From an uncultured Pseudomonadota bacterium (lineage in GTDB: Bacteria > Pseudomonadota > Alphaproteobacteria > UBA9219): DNA of 64,000 nucleotides. The stretch spans positions 756-64,755 of the forward strand of contig CAIJXG010000045.1 of NCBI GenBank assembly GCA_903824505.1, read 5' to 3'. The position numbers were made by a program, and so were the translations under genes. Shown in pieces: positions 49,436 to 58,872 of the stretch (within the stretch, counting starts at the first letter, position 1; the number at the start of each line of letters is the position of its first letter). The notes beneath the pieces were generated by a model. That model was not told where the DNA came from. It did not search any database and worked only from the letters and a program-made list of their open reading frames with translations.

Positions 49436-50164
49436 ATGCTTCCGGACATTGACATTTCTCGCCCCTTTTACCTTTCTCGTCCCGGGCCGTGCCCGTATCT
49501 GGCCGATCAGACCGAGCGCAAGCTTTTCACGCCCCTGCCCCCGTCCGATGAAGAGGAGCGCGCTGCGCTGAATGCTGCTTTATGTCACGCGGGATTTCGC
49601 CGGAGCCAAAGCATCGCTTATCGTCCGGCCTGCCTCAGCTGCGCGGCCTGTTTGCCTGTGCGCATTCCTGTGACGCGCTTTGCTCCATCGCGCTCCCTGC
49701 GGCGCATCCGGGCCCGCAACGCGGATCTGCAGCTTGAAAAACATCCGCCGCGCTTCACGCCGGAGCTTTTCGCCCTCTTTCTTGCGTATCAAAAATCCCG
49801 CCATGCCGAGAGCGATATGACTCAGATGAGCGAAACGGATTTTCGCGAGATGCTGGAGGTCGGTGGCGCCCATACCGAACTTTATGTGTTGCGCGATCAC
49901 ACAGGAGTCTTGCAGGGATGTCTTATCGCAGACGATGTGGGTGATGGAACGTCAGCCGTTTACAGCTTCTTCGCGGTGGACGCCCCGCGCCGCAGCCTCG
50001 GCACGGCCTTAATCCTTTCCGTCATCGAGGATGCCCGGACGCGCGGTTTAGCTTATGTTTATTTGGGCTACTGGATCGCCGCCTCCCGCAAAATGGCCTA
50101 TAAGTCCCGCTTTCAGCCGCTGGAATCTTTGGGCTCCTCGGGATGGAATCCGGTTGTGAGCTGA
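49436..50164 (+). CDS. bpt: Aspartate/glutamate leucyltransferase (Bpt, arginyl-tRNA-protein transferase family)
   Basis: FYLSRPGPCPYLADQTERKLFTPL, CLSCAAC, YQKSRH, YVYLGYWI are hallmarks of bacterial Bpt/ATE. Start trimmed to the ATG at 49436, right after the coaE stop. Confidence 0.8.
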   Translation: MLPDIDISRPFYLSRPGPCPYLADQTERKLFTPLPPSDEEERAALNAALCHAGFRRSQSIAYRPACLSCAACLPVRIPVTRFAPSRSLRRIRARNADLQLEKHPPRFTPELFALFLAYQKSRHAESDMTQMSETDFREMLEVGGAHTELYVLRDHTGVLQGCLIADDVGDGTSAVYSFFAVDAPRRSLGTALILSVIEDARTRGLAYVYLGYWIAASRKMAYKSRFQPLESLGSSGWNPVVS

Positions 50165-50261
50165 AGCGCAAACAAGCCGATTGCACAGCCAAACGTCCCG
50201 ACCTTCGGGCGGCAAGACGCAGTCTTTTAACCGATGGAAAGACCCCAACTCTCAGAAGAGA

Positions 50262-50300
50262 GGGAAACACGGCTCATTCCTGCCGTGTTCCCTTTCTTTT
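50262..50300. terminator. Probable bidirectional terminator hairpin between convergent bpt and nusA
   Basis: gggaaacacggc-tcattcct-gccgtgttccc followed by tttcttttacg. Overlaps the nusA stop. Confidence 0.6.
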
Positions 50301-51789
50301 ACGCTGACACCTCATCGTTAAACCAATGCGCCCGCGCGGCCATGATGATGCCGTTGGCTTGCGATTCCGTCAGAGCGTCTTCGCCTACGATTTCGCGCAG
50401 CTCATCACCTGCCAGATCGGCCACATCGTCCAGAGATTTCACGCCCTTTTCGCCCAGCTTCACGGCCATTTCGATACTCAGACCCGCCAGCGCAACAACG
50501 GCATCCGACACGCCGAATTCCTTGCGTTGAGCTTCCAGACGCGCCGCGTTTTCGGCCAGCCAGTTACGGGCGCGCTCTTGCAGCTCGCCCGCCACTTCGA
50601 CATCGAACCCTTCGATTTCGGCCAGTTCGTCCACGGGGGTTTCCGCGATTTGCTCGACTTTCGTAAAGCCTTCCGCGACCAAGAGATGCGCGATGACATC
50701 GTCAACGGACAGAGCTTCCGTAAAGAGCGCCGTTCGCATCGCTGATTCCTGTTGGCGACGTTCGGATTCTTCCTTTTCGGTCAGAATGTCGATGTCCCAG
50801 CCTGTGAGCATCGCGGCAAGCCGCACATTCTGCCCGCGGCGGCCAATGGCCAGCGAAAGCTGCTCATCCGGTACGACAACATCCATGCGGTTGTTTTCGT
50901 CGTCCAAAACGACTTTGGCGACTTCGGCCGGCGCAAGAGCGTTGACAACAAAGGTCGCGGGATCGGGCGACCAAGGAATAATGTCGATCTTTTCGCCCTG
51001 CAATTCACCGACGACCGCTTGAACGCGGCTGCCACGCATACCGACGCACGCGCCGATCGGATCAATGCTGCTGTCGTTCGAGACAACCGCCAGTTTCGCG
51101 CGGCTGCCCGGATCGCGGGCGACGGATTTGATTTCGATGACTCCGTCGTAGATCTCCGGCACTTCTTGCGTGAAGAGCTTGGCCATGAACAAAGGATGGG
51201 TGCGAGACAAGAAAATTTGTGGCCCACGTTGTTCTTCGCGCACATCATAGATGTAAGCGCGTACGCGATCGCCCGTTTTCAGATGCTCGCGCGGCAGGCT
51301 TTCATCCCGCTTAATGACGGCTTCGGTGCGGCCCAAATCAATCGTGACATTCCCGTATTCGACGCGCTTGACGACGCCGCTGATGATCTCGCCCACGCGG
51401 TCTTTGTATTCTTCATATTGACGGTGACGTTCAGCCTCGCGCACTTTTTGCACGATCACTTGCTTGGCCGTTTGCGCCGCGATGCGGCCCATTTCGATGG
51501 GGGGCAAATCATCCACGATAAAATCGCCCAATTCGGCATCCGGCTTCGTCTTACGCGCCGCTTTGACACTGAGTTGCGTCAATTCATTCTCGATCGGATC
51601 AGCCACTTGCAGCCAGCGCTGCAGAATGATCTCGCCCGTCCTGCGGTCCACAAAAGCGCGGATATCATGCTCGTGCCCATATTTGGCGCGGCCAGCCTTC
51701 TGCATCGCTTGTTCCATTGCGACCAGAATTTCTTCTTTGTCGATGCCCTTTTCTCGGGCGGCCATCTCGGCGGCTTGCAAAAGTTCCAT
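50299..51789 (-). CDS. nusA: Transcription termination/antitermination factor NusA
   Basis: [22 protein letters not shown]..., S1 and KH domains, C-terminal acidic repeats; 496 aa. Confidence 0.95.
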   Translation of the reverse strand: MELLQAAEMAAREKGIDKEEILVAMEQAMQKAGRAKYGHEHDIRAFVDRRTGEIILQRWLQVADPIENELTQLSVKAARKTKPDAELGDFIVDDLPPIEMGRIAAQTAKQVIVQKVREAERHRQYEEYKDRVGEIISGVVKRVEYGNVTIDLGRTEAVIKRDESLPREHLKTGDRVRAYIYDVREEQRGPQIFLSRTHPLFMAKLFTQEVPEIYDGVIEIKSVARDPGSRAKLAVVSNDSSIDPIGACVGMRGSRVQAVVGELQGEKIDIIPWSPDPATFVVNALAPAEVAKVVLDDENNRMDVVVPDEQLSLAIGRRGQNVRLAAMLTGWDIDILTEKEESERRQQESAMRTALFTEALSVDDVIAHLLVAEGFTKVEQIAETPVDELAEIEGFDVEVAGELQERARNWLAENAARLEAQRKEFGVSDAVVALAGLSIEMAVKLGEKGVKSLDDVADLAGDELREIVGEDALTESQANGIIMAARAHWFNDEVSA

Positions 51790-51818
51790 GTCGGTGTCCT
51801 TTCTTCTTTCTGTGTGCC

Positions 51819-52256
51819 TTATTTGTAGAGTGAGAATTTTCTGGTCAAGGAGCTTAAAAGCTCCGCATCGCCAAAAAAGACAGCTCCGTAAAACTCAAGC
51901 GCCTCATGCGGCGTTTCTTTCGTACGAGCCAGCTGTTCCTGATAAGTGCCGACGGTCATGGTGTTTACAAAATCAACCGTCAGGATGTTTGCTTGTTTCG
52001 CCGCCTCCATCGCTTCCCGAATCTTCGTCGGTCTGCCTTTAAGCACGATGAAAGGATAGGCTGAAATAGACGGGTGGTGCGTGCCTGAGGCATCTTCATA
52101 ATCGCACATCAACCCGTCTTGAGGCCCCAAAAGCGTTCCCATCCCCAAAGCCATATGTGCCAGCGTGTTCACAGCCGTGCCCGCCTCAACCTTTTCGTTG
52201 AGAACCGCGACCAGTTTTTTGGTCATGGCGACCGGAGGATCCTTGAGCGTGATCAC
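51819..52256 (-). CDS. DUF2000-family protein
   Basis: 145-aa ORF between rimP and nusA; composition and size are consistent with DUF2000. Low-certainty family call. Confidence 0.45.
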   Translation of the reverse strand: MITLKDPPVAMTKKLVAVLNEKVEAGTAVNTLAHMALGMGTLLGPQDGLMCDYEDASGTHHPSISAYPFIVLKGRPTKIREAMEAAKQANILTVDFVNTMTVGTYQEQLARTKETPHEALEFYGAVFFGDAELLSSLTRKFSLYK

Positions 52257-52753
52257 TTTTTGCTCTCCCTCAGCGCTTCCTTCATCAAGGCATCTGTCAG
52301 CACCAGTTTAGCCTGTTCGATCTCTTGAAAAGGCACGGAAATCAGGCCCTTATCTGTTTCAAATACAAGGGTCTCTTCCGATGCACACGCAATCTTTCCC
52401 TGAAAGCGTCTGACGCCGTCCATGGGGGCCTTAAGGTCAATTTTGGCGACATGCCCCTGAAACCGGATGTAATCTTTGAGCCGTGTCAGGGGGCGGTCGA
52501 TTCCGGGCGAGCTAACCTCAAGGTCATATTTTCCGGCAAAATCTGGTTCAACCTCAAGCCGTGCCGAGACCAAAGAACTCACCCGCGCACAATCCTCGAC
52601 CTTGATGCCACACCCATCCACGCGCTCCACCATGATTTGAAGCGCCGCGTATTTCCCGTTGCCGCTCAGATGCACGCGCACAAGCTCGTAGCCGGCGTTT
52701 GCGACATCTTCCGCAATCAAGGAAGCTACCTTTGTTGGTACCGCTTTCGACAT
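52253..52753 (-). CDS. rimP: Ribosome maturation factor RimP
   Basis: VANAGYELVRVHLSG...LEVSSPGIDRPL; start trimmed to the ATG at 52753. Confidence 0.88.
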   Translation of the reverse strand: MSKAVPTKVASLIAEDVANAGYELVRVHLSGNGKYAALQIMVERVDGCGIKVEDCARVSSLVSARLEVEPDFAGKYDLEVSSPGIDRPLTRLKDYIRFQGHVAKIDLKAPMDGVRRFQGKIACASEETLVFETDKGLISVPFQEIEQAKLVLTDALMKEALRESKK

Positions 52754-52887
52754 CACTCTATCCCAAAAAGGGTGAGCCAATAAAAAAGGCGGGCTCTCGC
52801 CCACCTCCTCACTTCTTTTCCTCTGACACCCCCTTTATTCCCGATCTCCTTGATGAAATCAAGTTTTTTGTTTAGGTGGGCCCCATA

Positions 52888-52930
52888 TATACTCGGGCAC
52901 CGAAGGAACCCCTTAAGTTTCATCGGCGGC
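52888..52930. repeat. MITE-like repeat family A, partial copy
   Basis: tatactcgggcaccgaaggaaccccttaagtttcatcggcggcaa. Confidence 0.75.
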
Positions 52931-52971
52931 AAGGGTGGACAAGATTTCTGTTCATGATATAGGGGGATAGG

Positions 52972-53574
52972 ATGAAAAAGATAACGCAAGCGCATCGCCC
53001 ACAGGGCAAAAAACGGGTAGAGGCAGGGGATCGCCTCTGCCTCGTCACGCGCGAAACCCTTCCACACACGGCTCTGATCCGCTTTGTCATTGGGCCGGAT
53101 CAAAGCGTTGTGCCTGATCTTGGGGAAAATCTGCCCGGCCACGGGCTTTGGGTATCCGCAAGCCGCCCCTCTATCCAAACCGCTGTCCAGAAAAATCTTT
53201 TTGCTAAAGCCACCAAGGAGCAGGCGCGAGCCGATCCCGATCTGGCGGATCATATCGCGGCCTTATTGCGTAAACGCTGCCTGTCCCTTCTGGGTCTGGC
53301 CAAAGGCGCAGGTCTTGCGGTTCTGGGCGAATCACAAACGGAAAGCGCGTTGCGTGAGGGGAAACTTGCGCTTTTTCTGCACGCGCCGGATGCCATGCAT
53401 CCTCTTGATAATCGTCGCGAGATTCCGGCCTTTGCTCTTTTCTCGCGTGAGGAAATGGGCGCCGCCTTCGGCTATGAGCAAATCGTCTATGCGGGGCTTA
53501 TGCCTCATCGGCTGACACAAAAGCTGCAAGATGAAATCGGGCGATTAATCCGCCTAGTGCCCTGCGTCACCTAA
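52972..53574 (+). CDS. YlxR (DUF448) / L7Ae-like fusion protein
   Basis: RLCLVTRETLPHTALIRFVIGPD...PGHGLWVSA (YlxR) followed by LLGLAKGAGLAVLGESQTESALREGKLALFLHAPD (L7Ae-like). This is usually encoded between nusA and infB; here it is divergent from rimP. Confidence 0.8.
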   Translation: MKKITQAHRPQGKKRVEAGDRLCLVTRETLPHTALIRFVIGPDQSVVPDLGENLPGHGLWVSASRPSIQTAVQKNLFAKATKEQARADPDLADHIAALLRKRCLSLLGLAKGAGLAVLGESQTESALREGKLALFLHAPDAMHPLDNRREIPAFALFSREEMGAAFGYEQIVYAGLMPHRLTQKLQDEIGRLIRLVPCVT

Positions 53575-53721
53575 AAAGAAAGGAGAGGACGCTGAGATTT
53601 CTTAACGGGACAAAAACGAAAACTGCACGCCTGTATTGGACATACAGGCAAGGTTTTTGATTTTGTCCCGGCGAAAAAGATCAAGTCAAATCCTTTCTTT
53701 TTAGGTGACGCAGAGCACTAG
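53561..53721. repeat. Nested palindromic element family B, second copy
   Basis: cctgcgtcacctaaaaagaaaggagaggacgctgagatttc...cctgtattggacatacagg...ttaggtgacgcagagcactag. The ylxR-like gene's stop codon lies inside the left arm. Confidence 0.88.
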
Positions 53722-53873
53722 AGGCCTAAAGGAGGATTTTTTCCTCTGCCCCAGCCTTAAAAGGAGTGTTCTTCCAATTTTTATCTTTTCTTAACCATCT
53801 CTTAGGTCTTTCTTCATACAGATTTGTTTAAATAGCAGTTGAAAAGACGTGTTTCCTTCCTGTCTGCGGTCTT

Positions 53874-56864
53874 ATGTCAAACCTTCTGGATCAAACTCTT
53901 GCCGCCTTGATGATGGCGTTGCGCCAACCGGTTGAATCCTTCATTCAACTTGAAACGGCGGACGATAAAACGACTCTTGTCGCCAATGACGGGTCTTTAG
54001 TGACTTTTGTCAAAATTTTCGGCGCGCGGCAAATCATTGGCGATGCGGAATATCAATGGATCTTGGATCAAGCCACGCTAAAGCTAGGGGCGCGGTTCGA
54101 CCGCCCGGGTTATGCGATGCAGGTCTATTTTATGCGGGATCCCGGGCTTGCCGATCATGACATCGAACAGGTGATGAAAGGCAACCGCGCCGCCATGCGC
54201 GCAACCGATCTGGACCTGACCGATCTGCTCAACGAACGTCGCCGCAATCTGGCGCACTATATCGCGCATGAGGAAATTTATTTCGTTTTGTGGACGCGCC
54301 CTTCGGTTCTTACAAAATCAGAGCTGGCCTCCACCACGAAGCAAATGACAAAAAAGAAATGGGTGGCAGCCCCTAACGCCCAATATCCCTTGCGTGCGCT
54401 GGATGCGTTGCGCACCAAACATAAAGCCTTTGTGTCCTCGATCTCTAGCGCGTTGGAAGAAATCGGTATCAAAGCCGCCGTCTCGACGACGCATGAAGCG
54501 CTGGCCGCCGTGCGCGGCAATATCTATCCCCAAATGGCGAATGATCAGTGGCGGGCGAATCTCCCGGGCGATCCCATGCTGCCGCGCATGCCTTTGCACG
54601 GGAATTACGACGCCTCGGATCTTTTGTGGCCCCCTTTGCGTGAACAACTCAGCGTGGGGGATGCCGCTCTCGTCTCGTCCAATATCGTGCGGATCGGGAC
54701 GATTCTGTGGGGAGGCGTGGATATGACTCTTGCGCCCGCAGAGCCGGCGCCTTTTCCCCAATTGCTTGCGCGTCTGATCGAACAAGATGTCCCTTTCCGC
54801 ATCTCTTTCCTGATCGAAAGCGGGGGCACGCAAGGCACCTCTTTCAAATCTTTCGCGGCGGGGGTTTTGGGCTTTACCAATCAGGTTAATAAGCAAATCC
54901 GCGAATCCCTGATGTCGCTTCAAAAACTGGCCCATAGCGAACCGATCGTTAAACTGCGCGTGTCTTTGGCAACTTGTGCGCCCCAAACCGACCGCAAACT
55001 TTTGGAATCACGGATTAGCATTTTGACCCAAGCCGTCGAAGCGTGGGGCTATTGTCAGGCCTCCTCTGCCGGAGGCGATCCGATGGAAGTGGTCATGTCC
55101 TCGGCCTTAGGGATTGGATGCGGCTCGACCGCGCCGCCCGTCGTCGCGCCTTTCCGCGAAGTTATCAAGCTTTTGCCGTGGCAACGGGCCTCCTCGCCTT
55201 TTCAGGAGGGGGCCGTCATTTTACGTACGCCCGATGGGCGTATTTGGCCCTATCAGTCGGGATCTTCTCTGACATCCCTCTGGTTCGATTTGATTTTTGC
55301 TCAGCCCGGCGCGGGTAAATCCGTCCTGATGAATGCGCTGAATTTAGGCACGATCCTTTCGGCCGGCATGGCGCAGCTTCCCTATGTCGCCATTTTGGAT
55401 ATTGGCCCCTCTTCCTCCGGCCTCATCTCGCTGATCAGGGATGCTTTGCCGCTTGAGCGGCGGCATGAGGCGATGCATTTCAAACTCCGCATGACACCGG
55501 ACTACGCGGTGAATCCCTTCGATACACAGCTTGGCTGCCGCTATCCTTTGCCGGAGGAACGCGCCTATCTGACCGAGCTCCTAACCCTTCTCTGCACGGC
55601 TGCCGGACAAGAACCCTATGATGGCATGGCGCAGCTGGTTGGTCTGTGCATCGATGAAATGTATCGCTGGCGCGACGACAGCGGCGCGAATACGGAACCG
55701 CGCCCTTATCTGGCGCGTGTTGAATCCGATGTCGATGAAGCGTTATCCCGTTACAACATCCATCTGCCAGAAGATCCGTATTGGTGGGATGTCGTCGATG
55801 CCTTGTTTCAACATGGCGCCGTTCATCAAGCGATTCTGGCGCAACGCTATGCGGCCCCGACTTTGGTAGATGCCGTCACCGCCGCGCGTCGGCCGCAGAT
55901 TCGGGCCCTGCTTGAAGGAACGCAAATCGGCTCCTCGGTCGAAACCGTCATTCACGCCTTCGAGCGCATGATCGCTGCCGCCGTGCGCGAATTTCCGATT
56001 TTGGCATCGATTACACGTTTTGATGTTGGTGGGGCGCGCATCGCCGCAATCGATCTTCAGGATGTCTCGCCCCAAGGCGATGCCATTGCCGATCGGCAAA
56101 CGGCCATTATGTATATGCTCGCGCGGCATGCGTTGATCCGCGGGTGGTGGCTGGGGCCCGATATGCTCCGCGCGGTGCCCGAGGCCTATAAAACCTATCA
56201 TCAGGCCCGCATTCAGGACATTCGCGAAACGCCGAAACGCATTTGTTTCGATGAATTTCATCGCACAAGCCGAACAGCGGCCGTCCGCGCGCAAGTCATC
56301 CGCGATGTGCGCGAGGGGCGGAAATGGGGCGTGCAAATTGTCTTGGCCTCGCAGCTGCTCGACGATTTTTCGAAAGACATGGTGGATCTGGCGACAGGCG
56401 TTTGGATCTGCGGCACCGCCGTATCTGACCGCGCGATCAATGAAACGGGCGAGCGTTTTGGCCTTTCAGAAACAGCGAAATGGGTCATGCGGTACCGTCT
56501 GACAGGCCCTAAAGCGTCCGGTGCGCCTGTTCTCCTGCTTCTGTCAACTAACGAAGGGCGCTACGAACAACATCTGGTCAATACGCTTGGCCCTATCGAG
56601 CTTTGGGCCCTGTCAACCTCCGTCGAAGATGTGACGTTGCGCAGTATTCTTTATACCTCCCTCAGCGCACCCATCGCGAGGCAGGTTCTGGCCAAATTTT
56701 TCCCGGGCGGATCGGCACGGCAAGAAGTCCGGCGACGCGTTGTGCTCCGCATTGAAAAAGGAGAAGTCGAATCGGGAGCGACTTCTGTCGTTATTCAAGA
56801 AATGGCCAAGGAGCTGATCTCCAGCGTCTATACAGACCCGTCAAAAAGCATGGCGCGCGGATAA
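53874..56864 (+). CDS. Large orphan VirB4/TraC/IcmB(DotO)-like P-loop ATPase (FtsK-HerA superfamily)
   Basis: 996 aa. N-terminal region LVANDGSLVTFVKIFGARQIIGDAEYQ...GYAMQVYFMRDP resembles VirB4/IcmB N-domains. Walker A FAQPGAGKSVLMNAL (~aa 480) and Walker B ICFDEFHR (~aa 795). No other secretion or conjugation genes in the window. Confidence 0.5.
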   Translation: MSNLLDQTLAALMMALRQPVESFIQLETADDKTTLVANDGSLVTFVKIFGARQIIGDAEYQWILDQATLKLGARFDRPGYAMQVYFMRDPGLADHDIEQVMKGNRAAMRATDLDLTDLLNERRRNLAHYIAHEEIYFVLWTRPSVLTKSELASTTKQMTKKKWVAAPNAQYPLRALDALRTKHKAFVSSISSALEEIGIKAAVSTTHEALAAVRGNIYPQMANDQWRANLPGDPMLPRMPLHGNYDASDLLWPPLREQLSVGDAALVSSNIVRIGTILWGGVDMTLAPAEPAPFPQLLARLIEQDVPFRISFLIESGGTQGTSFKSFAAGVLGFTNQVNKQIRESLMSLQKLAHSEPIVKLRVSLATCAPQTDRKLLESRISILTQAVEAWGYCQASSAGGDPMEVVMSSALGIGCGSTAPPVVAPFREVIKLLPWQRASSPFQEGAVILRTPDGRIWPYQSGSSLTSLWFDLIFAQPGAGKSVLMNALNLGTILSAGMAQLPYVAILDIGPSSSGLISLIRDALPLERRHEAMHFKLRMTPDYAVNPFDTQLGCRYPLPEERAYLTELLTLLCTAAGQEPYDGMAQLVGLCIDEMYRWRDDSGANTEPRPYLARVESDVDEALSRYNIHLPEDPYWWDVVDALFQHGAVHQAILAQRYAAPTLVDAVTAARRPQIRALLEGTQIGSSVETVIHAFERMIAAAVREFPILASITRFDVGGARIAAIDLQDVSPQGDAIADRQTAIMYMLARHALIRGWWLGPDMLRAVPEAYKTYHQARIQDIRETPKRICFDEFHRTSRTAAVRAQVIRDVREGRKWGVQIVLASQLLDDFSKDMVDLATGVWICGTAVSDRAINETGERFGLSETAKWVMRYRLTGPKASGAPVLLLLSTNEGRYEQHLVNTLGPIELWALSTSVEDVTLRSILYTSLSAPIARQVLAKFFPGGSARQEVRRRVVLRIEKGEVESGATSVVIQEMAKELISSVYTDPSKSMARG

Positions 56865-56878
56865 AAAAGCCTTGAAAG

Positions 56879-56910
56879 TATACTCGGCTTTCCAAGGAAA
56901 CCGAGTATAG
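56879..56910. repeat. MITE-like repeat family A, terminal-hairpin fragment
   Basis: tatactcggctttccaaggaaaccgagtata. Confidence 0.8.
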
Positions 56911-57021
56911 CAATTCTAAAAGTAGAGAGAACCCAACGCACCGAAGGGTCCGCGGTATTCCCTCTCGCTCTTCGGCACCTTGCTTTCTTTTTCTGCTTTT
57001 GACTTTTAGAAATATCCCCCC

Positions 57022-57873
57022 ATGCCCCAAAACTTCACCGCTCTTTTACTCAATCTTGATCGCGACACGGGCCGCCGCACCCATATGGAGCGCGAGCTGG
57101 CGCAGGTCGGCATCATCCACACCCGTCAATCTGGCATTTTGGGGGATGCCGTGCCCGAGGCATTGCGTGGCTTTTTCTACACCTCTGACGGTCTGCCCAA
57201 AACGGGCATGAAGCGCGGGGAGCTTGGCTGTTATGCCAGTCATCTGCTGGCCATGACAAGCATCGCGGACGGCGCGATGGGCCCTGTCGTTTTGATCATG
57301 GAGGACGACCTTGCCCTCGCGCCGGATCTTATCACCACCCTTGATGAAGCTCTTCGGGCGTTGCCCCCCAAATGGGATATTGTGCGGCTTTGTTGCCCCG
57401 CGCGCCGCGCCTATGTGCCGATAGCGCGACTCAGCACCCACCGTCTTCTTGTCCGTTATTCGCGTATCCCGAACAGCGCGGGCGCCTATCTGATTACCCC
57501 GCAAGGGGCGCGAAAATTTCTCCAGCATGGGGTGCGCGGTCTCACCTTCGACGATGATCTCCGGCGCCCTTGGTTTCACGGCATGGAAAGCTATGGGATT
57601 CTCCCGCCGCCTGTGGAGGCAGGGCGACTTAAGTCGACCATTGATTCTATTGAGGCCGGACGTTTCGATAAGGGCATGAGCTCGCGCCAAGAGCGATTCC
57701 GGCGCGGCGATCATCGCCACACCTTCCGGCGTGTTGCCTTTATGATCCGCGATCTGGGTCTTAAAAACTGGCTGCTCTGCAGCGCGATTAATCTGGTCGA
57801 TATGCTCGCGAAGCCTATCCTGAAAAAAACCATCATTCACAAAGCGGCTGCCGTCTGGGCGAGATTTCTTTAG
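57022..57873 (+). CDS. Glycosyltransferase family 25 (LPS/LOS biosynthesis)
   Basis: ALLLNLDRDTGRRTHMERELAQ...GELGCYASHL...IMEDDL is the GT25 signature; 283 aa. Confidence 0.75.
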   Translation: MPQNFTALLLNLDRDTGRRTHMERELAQVGIIHTRQSGILGDAVPEALRGFFYTSDGLPKTGMKRGELGCYASHLLAMTSIADGAMGPVVLIMEDDLALAPDLITTLDEALRALPPKWDIVRLCCPARRAYVPIARLSTHRLLVRYSRIPNSAGAYLITPQGARKFLQHGVRGLTFDDDLRRPWFHGMESYGILPPPVEAGRLKSTIDSIEAGRFDKGMSSRQERFRRGDHRHTFRRVAFMIRDLGLKNWLLCSAINLVDMLAKPILKKTIIHKAAAVWARFL

Positions 57874-58571
57874 AGCCATAACTTCTTCTGCACAAAAGCA
57901 TACGCTGCCTCAAGCGCTTGAGCGGCATCCAGCGCCGTTGTGTCCAACAGAAACGCATCCGGCGCTGGTTTTGTGGGCGCGATAGCGCGTTCAGAATCCC
58001 GCGCATCTCGCGCCCGCATATCCGCCAGCACCTCGGTATAAAGAGTCGGAATCCCCCTCATCTGCAGCTCTTTAAAGCGCCTGTCCGCCCGCGTTTCCGC
58101 GCTCGCGGTCACAAAAATCTTGGCTTTCGCGTCAGGCGCAATCACGGTTCCAATGTCGCGCCCATCTAAAACAGCGCCCCTTTTCCCCTCGGGCGGCGCG
58201 GCGCAGAAGTTTTTCTGAAAGCGCAACAAGGAGGCCCGCACGCTGTCAATCGCCGCAACTTTCGAGGCCGCGACTCCCGCCGCATCCCCGCGCAAGGCCT
58301 CATCTTGCCAAAGCGCGCGCAGATCCACACCCTGAAAATCGGCCTGAGAAGCAGGGTCGGTCAACGCCTGAGCCAAAGCCCGTGCGGCCTCTTCCGCCAT
58401 CTCCCTGTCCAGAGGATCCCCCCCCGCACGCAGAACAGCCAGCCCCGTTGCCCGATACAGCAACCCCGTATCCAAATGCGCAAAATCCAGCAAAGAGGCC
58501 AGTTTGCGCGCCAACGTGCCTTTACCACTAGCGGAAGGCCCATCGATGGCAATGATGAAAGGAGGGGACAT
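57870..58571 (-). CDS. cmk: Cytidylate kinase
   Basis: IIAIDGPSASGKGTLARKLA (P-loop) and CMP-binding region; 233 aa. Confidence 0.92.
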   Translation of the reverse strand: MSPPFIIAIDGPSASGKGTLARKLASLLDFAHLDTGLLYRATGLAVLRAGGDPLDREMAEEAARALAQALTDPASQADFQGVDLRALWQDEALRGDAAGVAASKVAAIDSVRASLLRFQKNFCAAPPEGKRGAVLDGRDIGTVIAPDAKAKIFVTASAETRADRRFKELQMRGIPTLYTEVLADMRARDARDSERAIAPTKPAPDAFLLDTTALDAAQALEAAYAFVQKKLWL

Positions 58572-58631
58572 AAAAAACGCCTCGCTATTGTTGAAGACAG
58601 CAGATCCAAGAGTAACGTGTAACGATTTTTA

Positions 58632-58660
58632 CAGATCCCCCCAGATCCCCCCAGATCCCC
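58632..58660. repeat. Short tandem repeat (cagatccccc) x3
   Basis: acagatccccccagatccccccagatcccc, immediately upstream of a MITE copy. Confidence 0.85.
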
Positions 58661-58673
58661 TTGTTCCCTTTGA

Positions 58674-58791
58674 TATACTCGGTTTCCTTGGAAAGCCGAG
58701 TATTCTGCTCCGTGCAAAACACGCGCTCAGCGAAGCTGATGCGCCTTTTGCGCGGACAAAACGTGAGGGGTTCCGAAGGAACCCGAGTATA
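58674..58791. repeat. MITE-like repeat family A, full copy
   Basis: tatactcggtttccttggaaagccgagtattctgctccgtgcaaaacacgcgctcagcgaagctgatgcgccttttgcgcggacaaaacgtgaggggttccgaaggaacccgagtata. Confidence 0.92.
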
Positions 58792-58872
58792 AGAGGATCT
58801 ACGCTGGATTTCCTCTCCCTTGCGGGAATTGAGGTGCAGCGTCAAGCCCGAAGGCTCTGGTGGATCAAAGAA

